The translations under genes and the position numbers were made by a program. A stretch of 64,000 bases of DNA, from positions 1 through 64,000 of the IMG/VR virus record IMGVR_UViG_3300037608_000261; one strand, written 5' to 3'. The DNA is from a virus (taxonomy: Duplodnaviria; Caudoviricetes). Shown here piece by piece: positions 46,259-55,569 of the stretch (within the stretch, counting starts at the first letter, position 1; every line of letters starts with the position of its first letter). The notes under the pieces are model-generated. The model did no database searches and was not told the DNA's origin. It was given only the letters and a program-made list of their open reading frames with translations.

Positions 46259-48127
46259 TTATTTAATAAGTCTTGGCTGTCCCGCAATACGACGGGCCGC
46301 TCCGGTAGGGCAAAAGTCCCAAGTGACAAGCCAGAGGTCTATTTCTTCCTGTGTCACGTTCAGGATATATGGTTGTGTCCCGTCCGCATCATCTCTGGGT
46401 TTAACCAGGGCGCCGGAAGTGACAAGTTGATCAAGTATTTCTTTTGTCATCTTTGTAAGACCCTGTTTGGTGAGGCCATCCGGCTCGAATTTCATATAAG
46501 CCGCACCTTCGACAAACCGGTGGTCAATATAGTCGGCGATGTCGTTTACCCATCCGAACCTGCTGTAATTTTGCTTGTACCAGACGGTAAGATCATCGTC
46601 GATCACCGCGCCGCCAGTGTCCCCTGATACAACAGGGTTAATGCGAGCGTCGTAGAAATCGTCACGGTTTATTGCATCGTCCGGAAACAAGGGCTTGATA
46701 CCGGTGCGGGTCAGTTTCCCCCGGTTGATACCTGCGGGAGAGTAATGAACGCCTGGGGTTGCTCCTGTAAAGTTTGCCAATCCGCGTGCTTTTGAGGCGA
46801 CTGCCGCCCCTGATACACCCCAGACTGTTTTTCCGCCGTACCATCGGTCGTTCGCCGAAAACGGTGAATAATAACAACGTGCGTGCCTGCTCTCGACACC
46901 CATGCCTTTCAGCCATGCAATCGCCTGATCTGATTGAAGATTTGGGTTAACATCGAAGAAAAAGGAACAGTGCCGTTTATCCGCAATGTCTATGCAGTTT
47001 GCAATCACTTCTTCGTCGTAGACACCAGCCGCAAACATGAGGTTGCAGGTGTAGGTCTCGTTTCTAAATAAATCCCATGCGGAAATCCAGTTCTCGGTTG
47101 AAGGATCGTCACCATTGTCTCCGCCAACAAATGTTGCCTTGACCCCGTATTTCAGGCTATCTTTGATGGTATCCCATGTAAGGTCTTCATCAATGTTGCC
47201 CCTGAACCGGTCGCTGTTTTGTTCCAGAACGGTTTCAAAGAACGCCGGACGGCCCATGTCGTCTTTATCTGTAGGGTTAAGACCAGCCACATAAGTTTCA
47301 AGAAGGTACTCATCGCCGTTCTCATCTTTGTCATAAATGTTGATGGTGAATCTCTGGTCGTATTGCCCTTTGTATGCCTTCCAGGTGGTTCCGGGGATGG
47401 CCAGCGTTGGAGCGTCACCTGAAGACGTGTGCGCTGTGGTGCAGATCAGTTTCCCGCCCGTAACGGTTATTACATCATTTACTTCGTAGGACGTAGTAGT
47501 CACCCACGCGCCTTTTTCCGTTATGACATTTGTGATCTCGAAAGACCGGTTAGTGCTTGGATCGCCGTCAATGGGCCACACTTCAAGGACATATCCTGCC
47601 CCAAGAGAAAGAGAGGTCCCGTATGGGTGCCCATCCTCATTCGACGTTTGACCCACTTCAAGGCTGCCGGTAAATACCTCCCAATTTATTGCGTTCGGGG
47701 GGTCATTCTCGCTGGATGAGGTGTGTGCCAGGATACAGATATACGTGACGCCGCCAAGCGTAACAACATCATCCTTCACATAATCATGGCCAGACACCCA
47801 TGCACCATGATAGGCAATCAATTTCACCAATAGAGAAGGGAAACGGGCCTCATCATCAATGGCCCGCACAACATTCACATAATTGCATTCCTTGACCGCG
47901 TCTGCAAGATGCCTGAGCCCTTCCATGAAGGTCGCTTTTCTGGAAAGAGGCTCTCCTAAAAGGCTCTCCCAGTTATCATCTCTTACCTGAAATACTTTTC
48001 CTACAGGTCCCTTGATCGCTGCAACAACCGTGGCACCCACGGATACCGGGCCTCCACCAGTCTTGTATGTATTATCAATCAACCGCAGGACGGTTATCTC
48101 TGCGGCATTTGTGATAACTGATTTCAT
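46259..48127 (-). CDS. Contractile tail sheath protein with two inserted carbohydrate-binding-like modules
   Basis: Sheath C-terminus (HYSPAG..RG; VVTWDFCPTGAARRI) and two W...Y..NDV...GG..Y.C..AHTS repeats. Confidence 0.85.
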   Translation of the reverse strand: MKSVITNAAEITVLRLIDNTYKTGGGPVSVGATVVAAIKGPVGKVFQVRDDNWESLLGEPLSRKATFMEGLRHLADAVKECNYVNVVRAIDDEARFPSLLVKLIAYHGAWVSGHDYVKDDVVTLGGVTYICILAHTSSSENDPPNAINWEVFTGSLEVGQTSNEDGHPYGTSLSLGAGYVLEVWPIDGDPSTNRSFEITNVITEKGAWVTTTSYEVNDVITVTGGKLICTTAHTSSGDAPTLAIPGTTWKAYKGQYDQRFTINIYDKDENGDEYLLETYVAGLNPTDKDDMGRPAFFETVLEQNSDRFRGNIDEDLTWDTIKDSLKYGVKATFVGGDNGDDPSTENWISAWDLFRNETYTCNLMFAAGVYDEEVIANCIDIADKRHCSFFFDVNPNLQSDQAIAWLKGMGVESRHARCYYSPFSANDRWYGGKTVWGVSGAAVASKARGLANFTGATPGVHYSPAGINRGKLTRTGIKPLFPDDAINRDDFYDARINPVVSGDTGGAVIDDDLTVWYKQNYSRFGWVNDIADYIDHRFVEGAAYMKFEPDGLTKQGLTKMTKEILDQLVTSGALVKPRDDADGTQPYILNVTQEEIDLWLVTWDFCPTGAARRIAGQPRLIK

Positions 48128-48546
48128 TTTTTACCTCCACTCTTCTTTTTCTTCTTCTTCGTGTTCCCTATACTCACCGTAGCTTTCCCTTGTGGGGTCG
48201 TTTCCGTCGTCTCTGTCCCGTCTGTGGTTGTGGTTTCAGTTGTGGTTTCAGTCTCTGATTTGGATTCGGGCTCCCCTACCCCTTCTTCAGTAGTCTCTGC
48301 CTGCGGGTCCGTCTCTGTGCTGGTTTCGCTTACAACAGACTGGACCGCTTCTTTGGTCTTCTCTGCCGCAACAATCGGCGTACATATGACTGCGGGGTGC
48401 CTGTGTTTGAGGTAGGAAAGAGCATTTTTGACGTATTGGCGGGGAACATCGACTATTTGTGATGACCGTCCGGGGATGTCAAGAGTAAAACCTATGTACC
48501 TTCGATTTACCCCCGACACACTGTTATTTTCGAACTTGATTTTCAT
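48124..48546 (-). CDS. Hypothetical protein with a Thr/Glu-rich linker and Lys tail
   Basis: Between capsid and sheath genes; ATGA overlap with the sheath start. Confidence 0.6.
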   Translation of the reverse strand: MKIKFENNSVSGVNRRYIGFTLDIPGRSSQIVDVPRQYVKNALSYLKHRHPAVICTPIVAAEKTKEAVQSVVSETSTETDPQAETTEEGVGEPESKSETETTTETTTTDGTETTETTPQGKATVSIGNTKKKKKKSGGKK

Positions 48547-48610
48547 GGTTAGCCTCCTACTGCCGTTTCACAATCCACGCCCACTCGGGGGTGACTAATA
48601 CAGAGAAATT

Positions 48611-48657
48611 GAAAGAAGGGCGATCCACCCGACAATAATTATGCGGATGGATCGCCC
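48611..48657 (-). terminator. Hairpin/terminator after the major capsid gene
   Basis: GGGCGATCCA.CCG / CGG.TGGATCGCCC stem followed by TTCTTTC. Confidence 0.65.
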
Positions 48658-48666
48658 ATGATATTC

Positions 48667-50292
48667 TTATTCCTCTGTGTCAGTAATGGCCAACTCCATG
48701 AAATACTCTCGGCCATCAAACGGATTCAGGTCGCGGTAGGCCAACTCCCACAGTGTGTTCTCATATTTTAAATCGCTCTGCATGGCGTGTTTGAATGCCA
48801 TTGCAGGGATAGCGTCACCGGCAATGTAACCGGCCTCACCTATGTTTTTCCCTTTCGCGTAGCAGAGACTGCTGTAGTCGGTAGACCGCTGCGGATCCTC
48901 GTAAAGGTCCCACATGCCGAAAAGACGACCGACATAGTGCGGCTGAGGAATCCTTACATACCCCGGAGCAGGTGAGAAATTAGGCTCCTTCATACTCTTA
49001 AACAGGACCGCAGTCTTGGAATCAGCTACAAGGCCAATGAGTCCGGATGTCCCGGTCTGAGACATAAGTATTGCGTCTATTTCCAGGAGAGTCTGCTTTA
49101 CACTTTCGTAATGTTCCTGGAAATATGTGCTGGCCGGTACATGCATGTTCCAGGACTTCTGTCCCTTCATATAGAAATACATATCGGCAAGGTGCTTGCG
49201 ATCTTTGTCGGCACTCAGCAAGTTCCTCATAGCGAGCATAGCCATGCTGTCGGCATTCAAGTTAAATTCTCTGCGCAACCCCCACAAAGACTGGAGTGTA
49301 GTGCTTGCTTCAATAGCCGATTCGTGCGGATAAATAGTCCTTGAATCCATCTCGTGATTTACTGCCGGTATTAGAGTCGGGTCTTTTTCGATATCGATAT
49401 CAATCCCGACATGTACCTCAATTCCGGTAGCTGGCGCTGTTGAAAAAACGGGGTGAACAATACCGCTGGCATAGTTGACCGTACCGGTTACGGTAATCGT
49501 GGTACCGCCGACAACAAAACTCCCCGACAATACAGCGGCCCCATCATCCTTTGCCACAACGTTGCGGTCATGGATAATCTTGATGGATTTTTTCTTGAAA
49601 GGCCGAATGCCGCCCCATTTTGTGTTAGAGTTCAAATCAAACTCATTTGATGATCCTGTTTTGGTTCCGTTGCCGGTACCCGTAAGAAATCGCTGATCCA
49701 TCGTTCCATACTGACCGGCGAAATCATGGGTGATCTTGTCGTTTATGGTGAGGTCACCAAATGTACTGGCAGCTACTCGCCAAATCTTGAATATCTCGCT
49801 CTGATTGAAAGTTCCGGGAATATATGACACAATGTTCCCGGTAACGGACAGGAGCATGACAGGCAGAATAAGCGCCACCATGCGGTCCCTCATGAGAATC
49901 CCCTCTGTCGTCGAAATATTGGCTGCCTCAAGAAGCATACCGCCCACTTCATGTCTTCCATTTCCGACAGTTGCAGTAATTGCATTTTCAATAGCCTGAT
50001 GAGCACTGGCAAGCATCTCCTCGGAGGGCATATGACCTCTCTGGTTACAATACTGCCTCAATGCGTTTGACCATGTAGCCTGAATTGTAGCGGCCCCTTT
50101 GCCAAGACCTTCAAAAATGCTTCCCTTGGTTGCGATCTCCAGCCGGTCTGCCCTTGTTCTACGATCACCAATAAACATCCCGGTTGCCTCATCAATCACT
50201 GGAACCAACAAAACATCCCGAAGATGGTTTGCCTTGTCCGTGATCGATTTTACTCTTTCATGGTATTCTTTCATCGTATCCTTTACCTCCAT
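48667..50292 (-). CDS. Major capsid protein (P1 gp23-like)
   Basis: 541 aa with an N-terminal prodomain ending near MLLE122; HK97-fold-like C-terminus (GYIAGDAIPA); strong SD. Confidence 0.85.
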   Translation of the reverse strand: MEVKDTMKEYHERVKSITDKANHLRDVLLVPVIDEATGMFIGDRRTRADRLEIATKGSIFEGLGKGAATIQATWSNALRQYCNQRGHMPSEEMLASAHQAIENAITATVGNGRHEVGGMLLEAANISTTEGILMRDRMVALILPVMLLSVTGNIVSYIPGTFNQSEIFKIWRVAASTFGDLTINDKITHDFAGQYGTMDQRFLTGTGNGTKTGSSNEFDLNSNTKWGGIRPFKKKSIKIIHDRNVVAKDDGAAVLSGSFVVGGTTITVTGTVNYASGIVHPVFSTAPATGIEVHVGIDIDIEKDPTLIPAVNHEMDSRTIYPHESAIEASTTLQSLWGLRREFNLNADSMAMLAMRNLLSADKDRKHLADMYFYMKGQKSWNMHVPASTYFQEHYESVKQTLLEIDAILMSQTGTSGLIGLVADSKTAVLFKSMKEPNFSPAPGYVRIPQPHYVGRLFGMWDLYEDPQRSTDYSSLCYAKGKNIGEAGYIAGDAIPAMAFKHAMQSDLKYENTLWELAYRDLNPFDGREYFMELAITDTEE

Positions 50293-50384
50293 TTCGTAGG
50301 TCTGTTTTGTGTTGCTCCTCGTTAAGCGGCGCGGGGGTGCCGCGTAAAGTGGCCGTTACAGTAAGGGTAATAGGATTCGAGTTG

Positions 50385-50434
50385 AATGAAAATACAGGAA
50401 AAACGAAGGATTGTAATAGAAAAACGAAGGATTA
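50385..50434 (-). promoter_or_regulatory. Putative late promoter upstream of the capsid operon
   Basis: 46/50 identical to 5225-5274; GAAAAACGAAGGAT at 50398-50411 and 50419-50432. Confidence 0.75.
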
Positions 50435-50529
50435 CATGATTTAGGGTGAAAAGAAATCGCTCCTGTCATTTCAAGTGGGTAATACAGTTTGTTGGCTGCA
50501 AGATATGTCGGCACTTGAAGTGTGAATAA

Positions 50530-50760
50530 CTTCCTGAAGTTGATACTGCGTGGTTTTTGCCTTAGATGCAACACTTCTTCATGTAATTCACACTTCGTGG
50601 CTTTTGCCTGAAGCGTAATGTTCTTCCTGAAGTTGATACTGCGTGGTTTTTGCCAAAGGCACTGCTTTCTTACCGAAATGCACGCTGCTCGGTTCTTTCC
50701 TTAGTCACAAACTTCTTCCTGAATTTTATACTGCGTGGTTTTTGCCTTAAATACAATGCT
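50530..50760 (+). repeat. Five-unit tandem array: 32-bp degenerate repeat plus 14-15-bp linker
   Basis: Units start at 50530, 50577, 50623, 50669 and 50715; consensus CTTCCTGAAGTTGATACTGCGTGGTTTTTGCC. Confidence 0.85.
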
Positions 50761-50836
50761 TCAAATCGGACTCTACAACACTGATAAAAATTCCCCTTGA
50801 CATAATGTCATAACAGGAAGAAAATGTGAAAGAGCA

Positions 50837-51730
50837 ATGTTTTATAAAATTACTGTTAATTCTTGGAATGATATCCTTTTACTCTTTGATAAGATGAATG
50901 GAAGAGGTTGGGACTGGGTATTTAGAGGACAATCTAATGATAGGTTGGAATTGTCTACCAAATTTGAAAGAGACGCAAAAAAATATCGATGCGATGACAC
51001 TTATTGGTTTAGGAATCGTGAGAAATATATATTATGGGATTTTCAACGTAGAGCGCATCAGTATATTAAGATTTTACCAAAATTAGAAAACCTCATAGAA
51101 TGGTTATCTCTATTACAGCACCATGGGGGAGCAACGAGGCTACTTGATTTTACATGGTCGTGTTATGTTGCTGCATTCTTTGCTGTCGAAACATCGGAGA
51201 CTGATTCGATCATATGGGCAGTCAATATTAAGAAATTGATTGAGCAGCTAAAGAATATTAACGATAGCAAGATAACAGAGAAAGAACATGCATGGGAAGA
51301 TATTATCGAAAGGAATAATCAGTGGGCCAATGGTATAATCAAGGATAGAAAAAATGATAATCTCGTCCTCTTGGTCGAGCCTTTCCAGCAGCATGAACGA
51401 ATTTCTATACAGCAAGGGCTTTTTCTTTTTCCAGGCAATATTGAAGAGTCTTTTGAGTTTAATATATCCTCAGTTTTTAAGTTTGATTTTAAGGAACTTT
51501 CAGATAATAATGCGTCTAATATAGTATTTTCAAGAAATGATAAATTTGATTTTTCAGATATCTCAATTATAAAAATCGTTATTCCATTTGGTTTACACTC
51601 AGAAGTACTTATGAAACTATATAACATGAATATAACAGCTGCCACTCTTTTTCCTGGGCTTGATGGATTTGCTCGAAGTCTATCTTATCGTTTTAGAGAA
51701 CTTGATTATTTCTTAAATCGTAAAGGTTGA
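50837..51730 (+). CDS. FRG-domain protein
   Basis: WVFRGQSN, LQHHGGATRLLDFT..AAFFA and RISIQQGLFL motifs. Confidence 0.9.
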   Translation: MFYKITVNSWNDILLLFDKMNGRGWDWVFRGQSNDRLELSTKFERDAKKYRCDDTYWFRNREKYILWDFQRRAHQYIKILPKLENLIEWLSLLQHHGGATRLLDFTWSCYVAAFFAVETSETDSIIWAVNIKKLIEQLKNINDSKITEKEHAWEDIIERNNQWANGIIKDRKNDNLVLLVEPFQQHERISIQQGLFLFPGNIEESFEFNISSVFKFDFKELSDNNASNIVFSRNDKFDFSDISIIKIVIPFGLHSEVLMKLYNMNITAATLFPGLDGFARSLSYRFRELDYFLNRKG

Positions 51731-52079
51731 AGAAAGACTTATTACATAATGTAATTATTGTTGTTTCTTTGATGATAGGCCATTTTGTTGCAGGTGGAGC
51801 ACACAATTTTTAATATTGATTCGATTTAGAAATTCATTTCTAAGATGTACTTCCTGTTATCGAATTTTTCATAAAGAAACAATTTGTCCTATTTTCAAGT
51901 GGTAATGTAGAAAACAATAATAATTTTCTTGACATAATTTGCATACAATATAAGAATAAAACAAAAAGTTATATAAAAATGGTGAAGAAAGGGTGGGGAT
52001 AGCAATTGAAGGTTTCCCTCTGATCCAAAAAAACTAACTCTTTTTGCTGCTATTGCTCATTAATAAAGTGGAGGGCACA

Positions 52080-52676
52080 ATGGATATAGACAAGTTCCAG
52101 AAAATAGCTTCTTGTTGCAGTTCCTGCGTTGTCGCGGTTGCATTAATCATCGGTGCTATCTGGGCCATCTACACATTTAATTCAGAGCTACGTGTACAAA
52201 ACGCAAAAGCACAGTTGGAAAAACTGAATAGAGATCTTGCTCAAGAACCAAAATTAGAGATAGATATTGAGATGCAGCAACTATCTACGCATCCATCAAA
52301 AGAGAGAATAATAATTGGCAAACTATTGGTAACAAATATTGGGACTGGCGACGTAGTTTTGAAGCAAGCAGGTAAAGATAAGGATGACCCACCGCTACAC
52401 CTTTATGAAGTGAGATGGAGCAAAGGCCATGAGGATTGGAAACACGTGGTATCGTTTTATTTGCCTTTAGGAAAGGATATGAGGTTTGGGGAGATGACAG
52501 TATATGCAGGACTAACAAACCAAGCGCGCTTTTGTATCACAGTGCCACGACCAGGTTTATATGTTTTGGTGTTTAAAATACCTGGGGACAACGTTGAATT
52601 GGAGCGGGCAAAGAGAGCAGGGGCTACGCTCCCCGACATTTTTTCGCACGCATCTAACTATATATTGGTAAAATAG
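52080..52676 (+). CDS. Hypothetical membrane-anchored protein
   Basis: N-terminal TM helix, short coiled coil, beta-rich domain; GGAGG SD; own TTGACA promoter upstream. Confidence 0.65.
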   Translation: MDIDKFQKIASCCSSCVVAVALIIGAIWAIYTFNSELRVQNAKAQLEKLNRDLAQEPKLEIDIEMQQLSTHPSKERIIIGKLLVTNIGTGDVVLKQAGKDKDDPPLHLYEVRWSKGHEDWKHVVSFYLPLGKDMRFGEMTVYAGLTNQARFCITVPRPGLYVLVFKIPGDNVELERAKRAGATLPDIFSHASNYILVK

Positions 52677-53031
52677 CTCATGACATTTAAATTTATTGTT
52701 AAAACTATTGAGTAGTAAAAGTGGCACAAAGCCATTATATAACCGTTGACAAGCTAATAAATCGCTTCAGTCAATCAGCCATAAATACGGTCACTATGGC
52801 TAAACCTGGCTACTTCCTCTGTTTCAATTGGTAGTTCTCGATAATGTATTTATTTGAAATCACTCAGTTGTAGGTGCAGTTATTTCGTATAGCAACTTGA
52901 AATCCTCATATTGGCACCCTTCTCTTTGAATATATGAAGTGTCGGGGTTAGCATATCTCATATTAGCTACTCAATGCGAGAAAGAGACTCTATAAATCTT
53001 AGGTAAGAGGCCTGGAGCCCCCTACCCTGTT

Positions 53032-53829
53032 TTAATGGCTGTGGTGGTTTGTATTTGACCCGCCATCAATTATATTGCCGGTTGCACTGATATTTCCCTT
53101 CACATCAATGGGGCCAACTATCTCAAAATTACCTGTCAATACAGCAGTTGCTCCTCCTCCACCCATGCCTAACGCGCCAGCATTAATATTTACAACCGGT
53201 GCGCTTATCGTGACCGACTGCTCGCCATTCAATGCCAGTTGCGGAGCGGTGATAAGAGCAGCTTCCTTTGCTGATGCAAAAATCTTCTTTTCACTATGCA
53301 GAGTAATATCCCCTTGCGGTGATATGCGTATCGCCGTCCCGGACGCTCGCTGAGTCACGGCAAAAGAGGTATCCTCATTAATTTCAATGGTGACGCCGTG
53401 CTGTGTATAAACACAGTTTCTATGATATGTAGCGGCTGCCGGTGCAGGCTCTTCACCGGTTGTCTTGTGGACAAGTTTGCTGGCTCCCGCAAATGCCTCA
53501 TGAGGAAAATTAGGAACTTTCCCCGGTGCCATATGGACTGATCCGGTAATACGAGGTCTTCGCGGGTCGGTATTGTACGGAAAATCCACCCAGACATAAT
53601 CTCCCAGGTCTACCGGAGTAAAGAACCCGTCATTTACCCGTGCGCCCAGAGGAAGCTTGTACTCTGCCCATGGAAGGGCCTTCATCGGCACCTGTTCGGT
53701 ATGTATAGAAAACACTCTGACTTGCACCCTCATGAGATGGTTAGGATCGTCTATGCACTCTACGCGGCCAATGTGCTCACCGTAATATTTGCCTTGATTT
53801 GTAGATGTCTGATTAGGTTCGCCGTTCAT
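53032..53829 (-). CDS. Baseplate central spike (P1 gp5/gpV-like)
   Basis: OB-fold DDP..LMRVQVR...LPWA, beta-helix, terminal HHSH metal site. Confidence 0.85.
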   Translation of the reverse strand: MNGEPNQTSTNQGKYYGEHIGRVECIDDPNHLMRVQVRVFSIHTEQVPMKALPWAEYKLPLGARVNDGFFTPVDLGDYVWVDFPYNTDPRRPRITGSVHMAPGKVPNFPHEAFAGASKLVHKTTGEEPAPAAATYHRNCVYTQHGVTIEINEDTSFAVTQRASGTAIRISPQGDITLHSEKKIFASAKEAALITAPQLALNGEQSVTISAPVVNINAGALGMGGGGATAVLTGNFEIVGPIDVKGNISATGNIIDGGSNTNHHSH

Positions 53830-54830
53830 TTTGGCAACACTCCTTTAACTCTGGTAAAGAATTTCTGTGCGCCATAATAATGTGCTACTGTCCCGATGAC
53901 CACCTTTGCCGGTAAGCTTTCGTCGATAGGTGCATCAATTCTGGCAGCATTCCATTTCAAGGAGATTGTCGCCCCAGGCACAAGCGTGCCATTGCCCAGT
54001 GCGGTAAAATCAATGGCTGGGTAAGGAATCTCGGCAAGATTGTTCATGGTCGCCATATTGAAAACAGAAACGAATTCAGGCGGTTTTGTTGTCTTCTTTC
54101 CCGACTTCATGACACCCTTGACCATATCCCATCCGATGACATTACGATCCACGCGGTCCTTGATAAGTGCCTTGGCGTTTTCTCTGGTAAAAAATATGAT
54201 CTGGTTTTTAGCCTTCGGGTTATCGTGCTCATAGGTGTGCTTCGCTTCCTTCTTAAAGAGTTCCGCCAGTTTTATGAATACAAGTGCCCCTCGCCGGTAA
54301 AAACAAAGACCACCTCTTTCTTTTGCCATCTGCCGCAATAGTTTTGTCGGCCTCTCACCTGGAAGCAAGTGATAGGCTTCAAGCGTTGGAAAGTTGCCAA
54401 CATTGTATCGGAGACCTGGGGCCAGACGCTTCAGTATTGTTTCTATCGGTGCCTTCGGAAATAGTATGCTGTCCTTTGCGGGTTGTTTCAGAAGGTCAAC
54501 ATTGCGCTGCATACAGTTCAGTGTGACCATGTTTCCTTTGTTCGGCATCGTCCAGATTGTAAACTGCATGGTCTGGTCAATACCATCCCGCCCCCACACG
54601 TCGGCTATACGAACCTGCAACACATCCCGCTCTTTGACCTTCATATCATCCCGGATGATCGAGTGGGCATCATCAAAGGTCATCATGAGACGAGGCCCCG
54701 ATAAGTCGAGGGTCTCAACAAAGGTTACTTCCTTGAGAAATGACAGATCGAATGTTCGGGCCTCCACCCCGTTTCTGATTAACTTCACATCCTGCAGAAG
54801 GTAATCTTCCTGTTTGACAGCTTCAGACAT
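53826..54830 (-). CDS. Baseplate hub protein (P1 gp6-like)
   Basis: Size and position between spike and tail terminator; ETLDLSGPRLM...D motif. Confidence 0.7.
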   Translation of the reverse strand: MSEAVKQEDYLLQDVKLIRNGVEARTFDLSFLKEVTFVETLDLSGPRLMMTFDDAHSIIRDDMKVKERDVLQVRIADVWGRDGIDQTMQFTIWTMPNKGNMVTLNCMQRNVDLLKQPAKDSILFPKAPIETILKRLAPGLRYNVGNFPTLEAYHLLPGERPTKLLRQMAKERGGLCFYRRGALVFIKLAELFKKEAKHTYEHDNPKAKNQIIFFTRENAKALIKDRVDRNVIGWDMVKGVMKSGKKTTKPPEFVSVFNMATMNNLAEIPYPAIDFTALGNGTLVPGATISLKWNAARIDAPIDESLPAKVVIGTVAHYYGAQKFFTRVKGVLPK

Positions 54831-55569
54831 TGGTGCCCCCTGGCAGATAGTCGTTATTTATATAGCTTTGCAGAATGCCTTGGATTTCAACATTGTCCGG
54901 AGCATCCACGCCTGCACCGAAAATAACATCCGTAGCGACTTGCACTCCCGTGGAGACAGCATAAACCCGGCCTCCATCCTGACCGGGAGGAATACTCTCA
55001 TCGGTACAAAGTAACGATTTATGATCACCTATATGTGCCGGAATATCAAACACGTCCTCCACTCCAACCCGGTACCGGCACGTGAATGTTTCATTTCTTA
55101 CCATGTAGGCGTACCAAGCCAGTTGTATCTTATCAAGTGTCGGCTTGTCCCAGGCCAGGAAGAATAGCCTGTAGTCCAGGACAAGAGGAAGGACCATGAA
55201 TTTATATGCGTTCGCAAGGCCATCTTCGCTTTCCGAGAACATAAAGCGTCCACGTCTCGTCATTTCTTTGTCGATGCCATTTGTGAGACCGGGTTTGCGG
55301 AAATAGTAGATCAGAGGAAGTTCAACAAGATTCAACTTCGCACCTGCAACGGTCTTTTCGGCTGTTTTTGCAGACCGGTACGCCTTCAGGAATTCTGCCG
55401 GGCTCTCGGCGTCGTGGCGATAAATCTGCCTGTTTGTAGGTCTGCCCAGGAACTCCCTGAATCCCTTGGGACCAGCCTGGTCATTCAAGCCATTGAGAGC
55501 CGCAGCGATGAAGGCCCCAAGACCAAAATCAACGGCCTGTAGTTCAGAAAATTCGTTTTCGTTGCTCAT
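54823..55569 (-). CDS. Tail terminator/completion protein (P1 gp24-like)
   Basis: NLVELPLI..FRKP...DY.L...AWDKPTL; gene order 5-6-24-7-25-26 as in P1. Confidence 0.6.
   Translation of the reverse strand: MSNENEFSELQAVDFGLGAFIAAALNGLNDQAGPKGFREFLGRPTNRQIYRHDAESPAEFLKAYRSAKTAEKTVAGAKLNLVELPLIYYFRKPGLTNGIDKEMTRRGRFMFSESEDGLANAYKFMVLPLVLDYRLFFLAWDKPTLDKIQLAWYAYMVRNETFTCRYRVGVEDVFDIPAHIGDHKSLLCTDESIPPGQDGGRVYAVSTGVQVATDVIFGAGVDAPDNVEIQGILQSYINNDYLPGGTNV

Noticed and set aside
50530-50760. CRISPR array call for the 46-bp repeats
   Set aside because: Linkers are only 14-15 bp and resemble each other, the repeats are degenerate, and no cas genes are present.
50530-50760. TIGR array or type III toxin-antitoxin RNA
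   Set aside because: No clear paired 9-nt spacers between box C/D-like motifs, no Nop-domain protein and no ToxN-like gene in the window; the array lies upstream of the FRG promoter candidate.
51731-52079. attC site between the FRG and membrane protein genes
   Set aside because: No RYYYAAC/GTTRRRY-bounded palindrome; the downstream gene has its own promoter.
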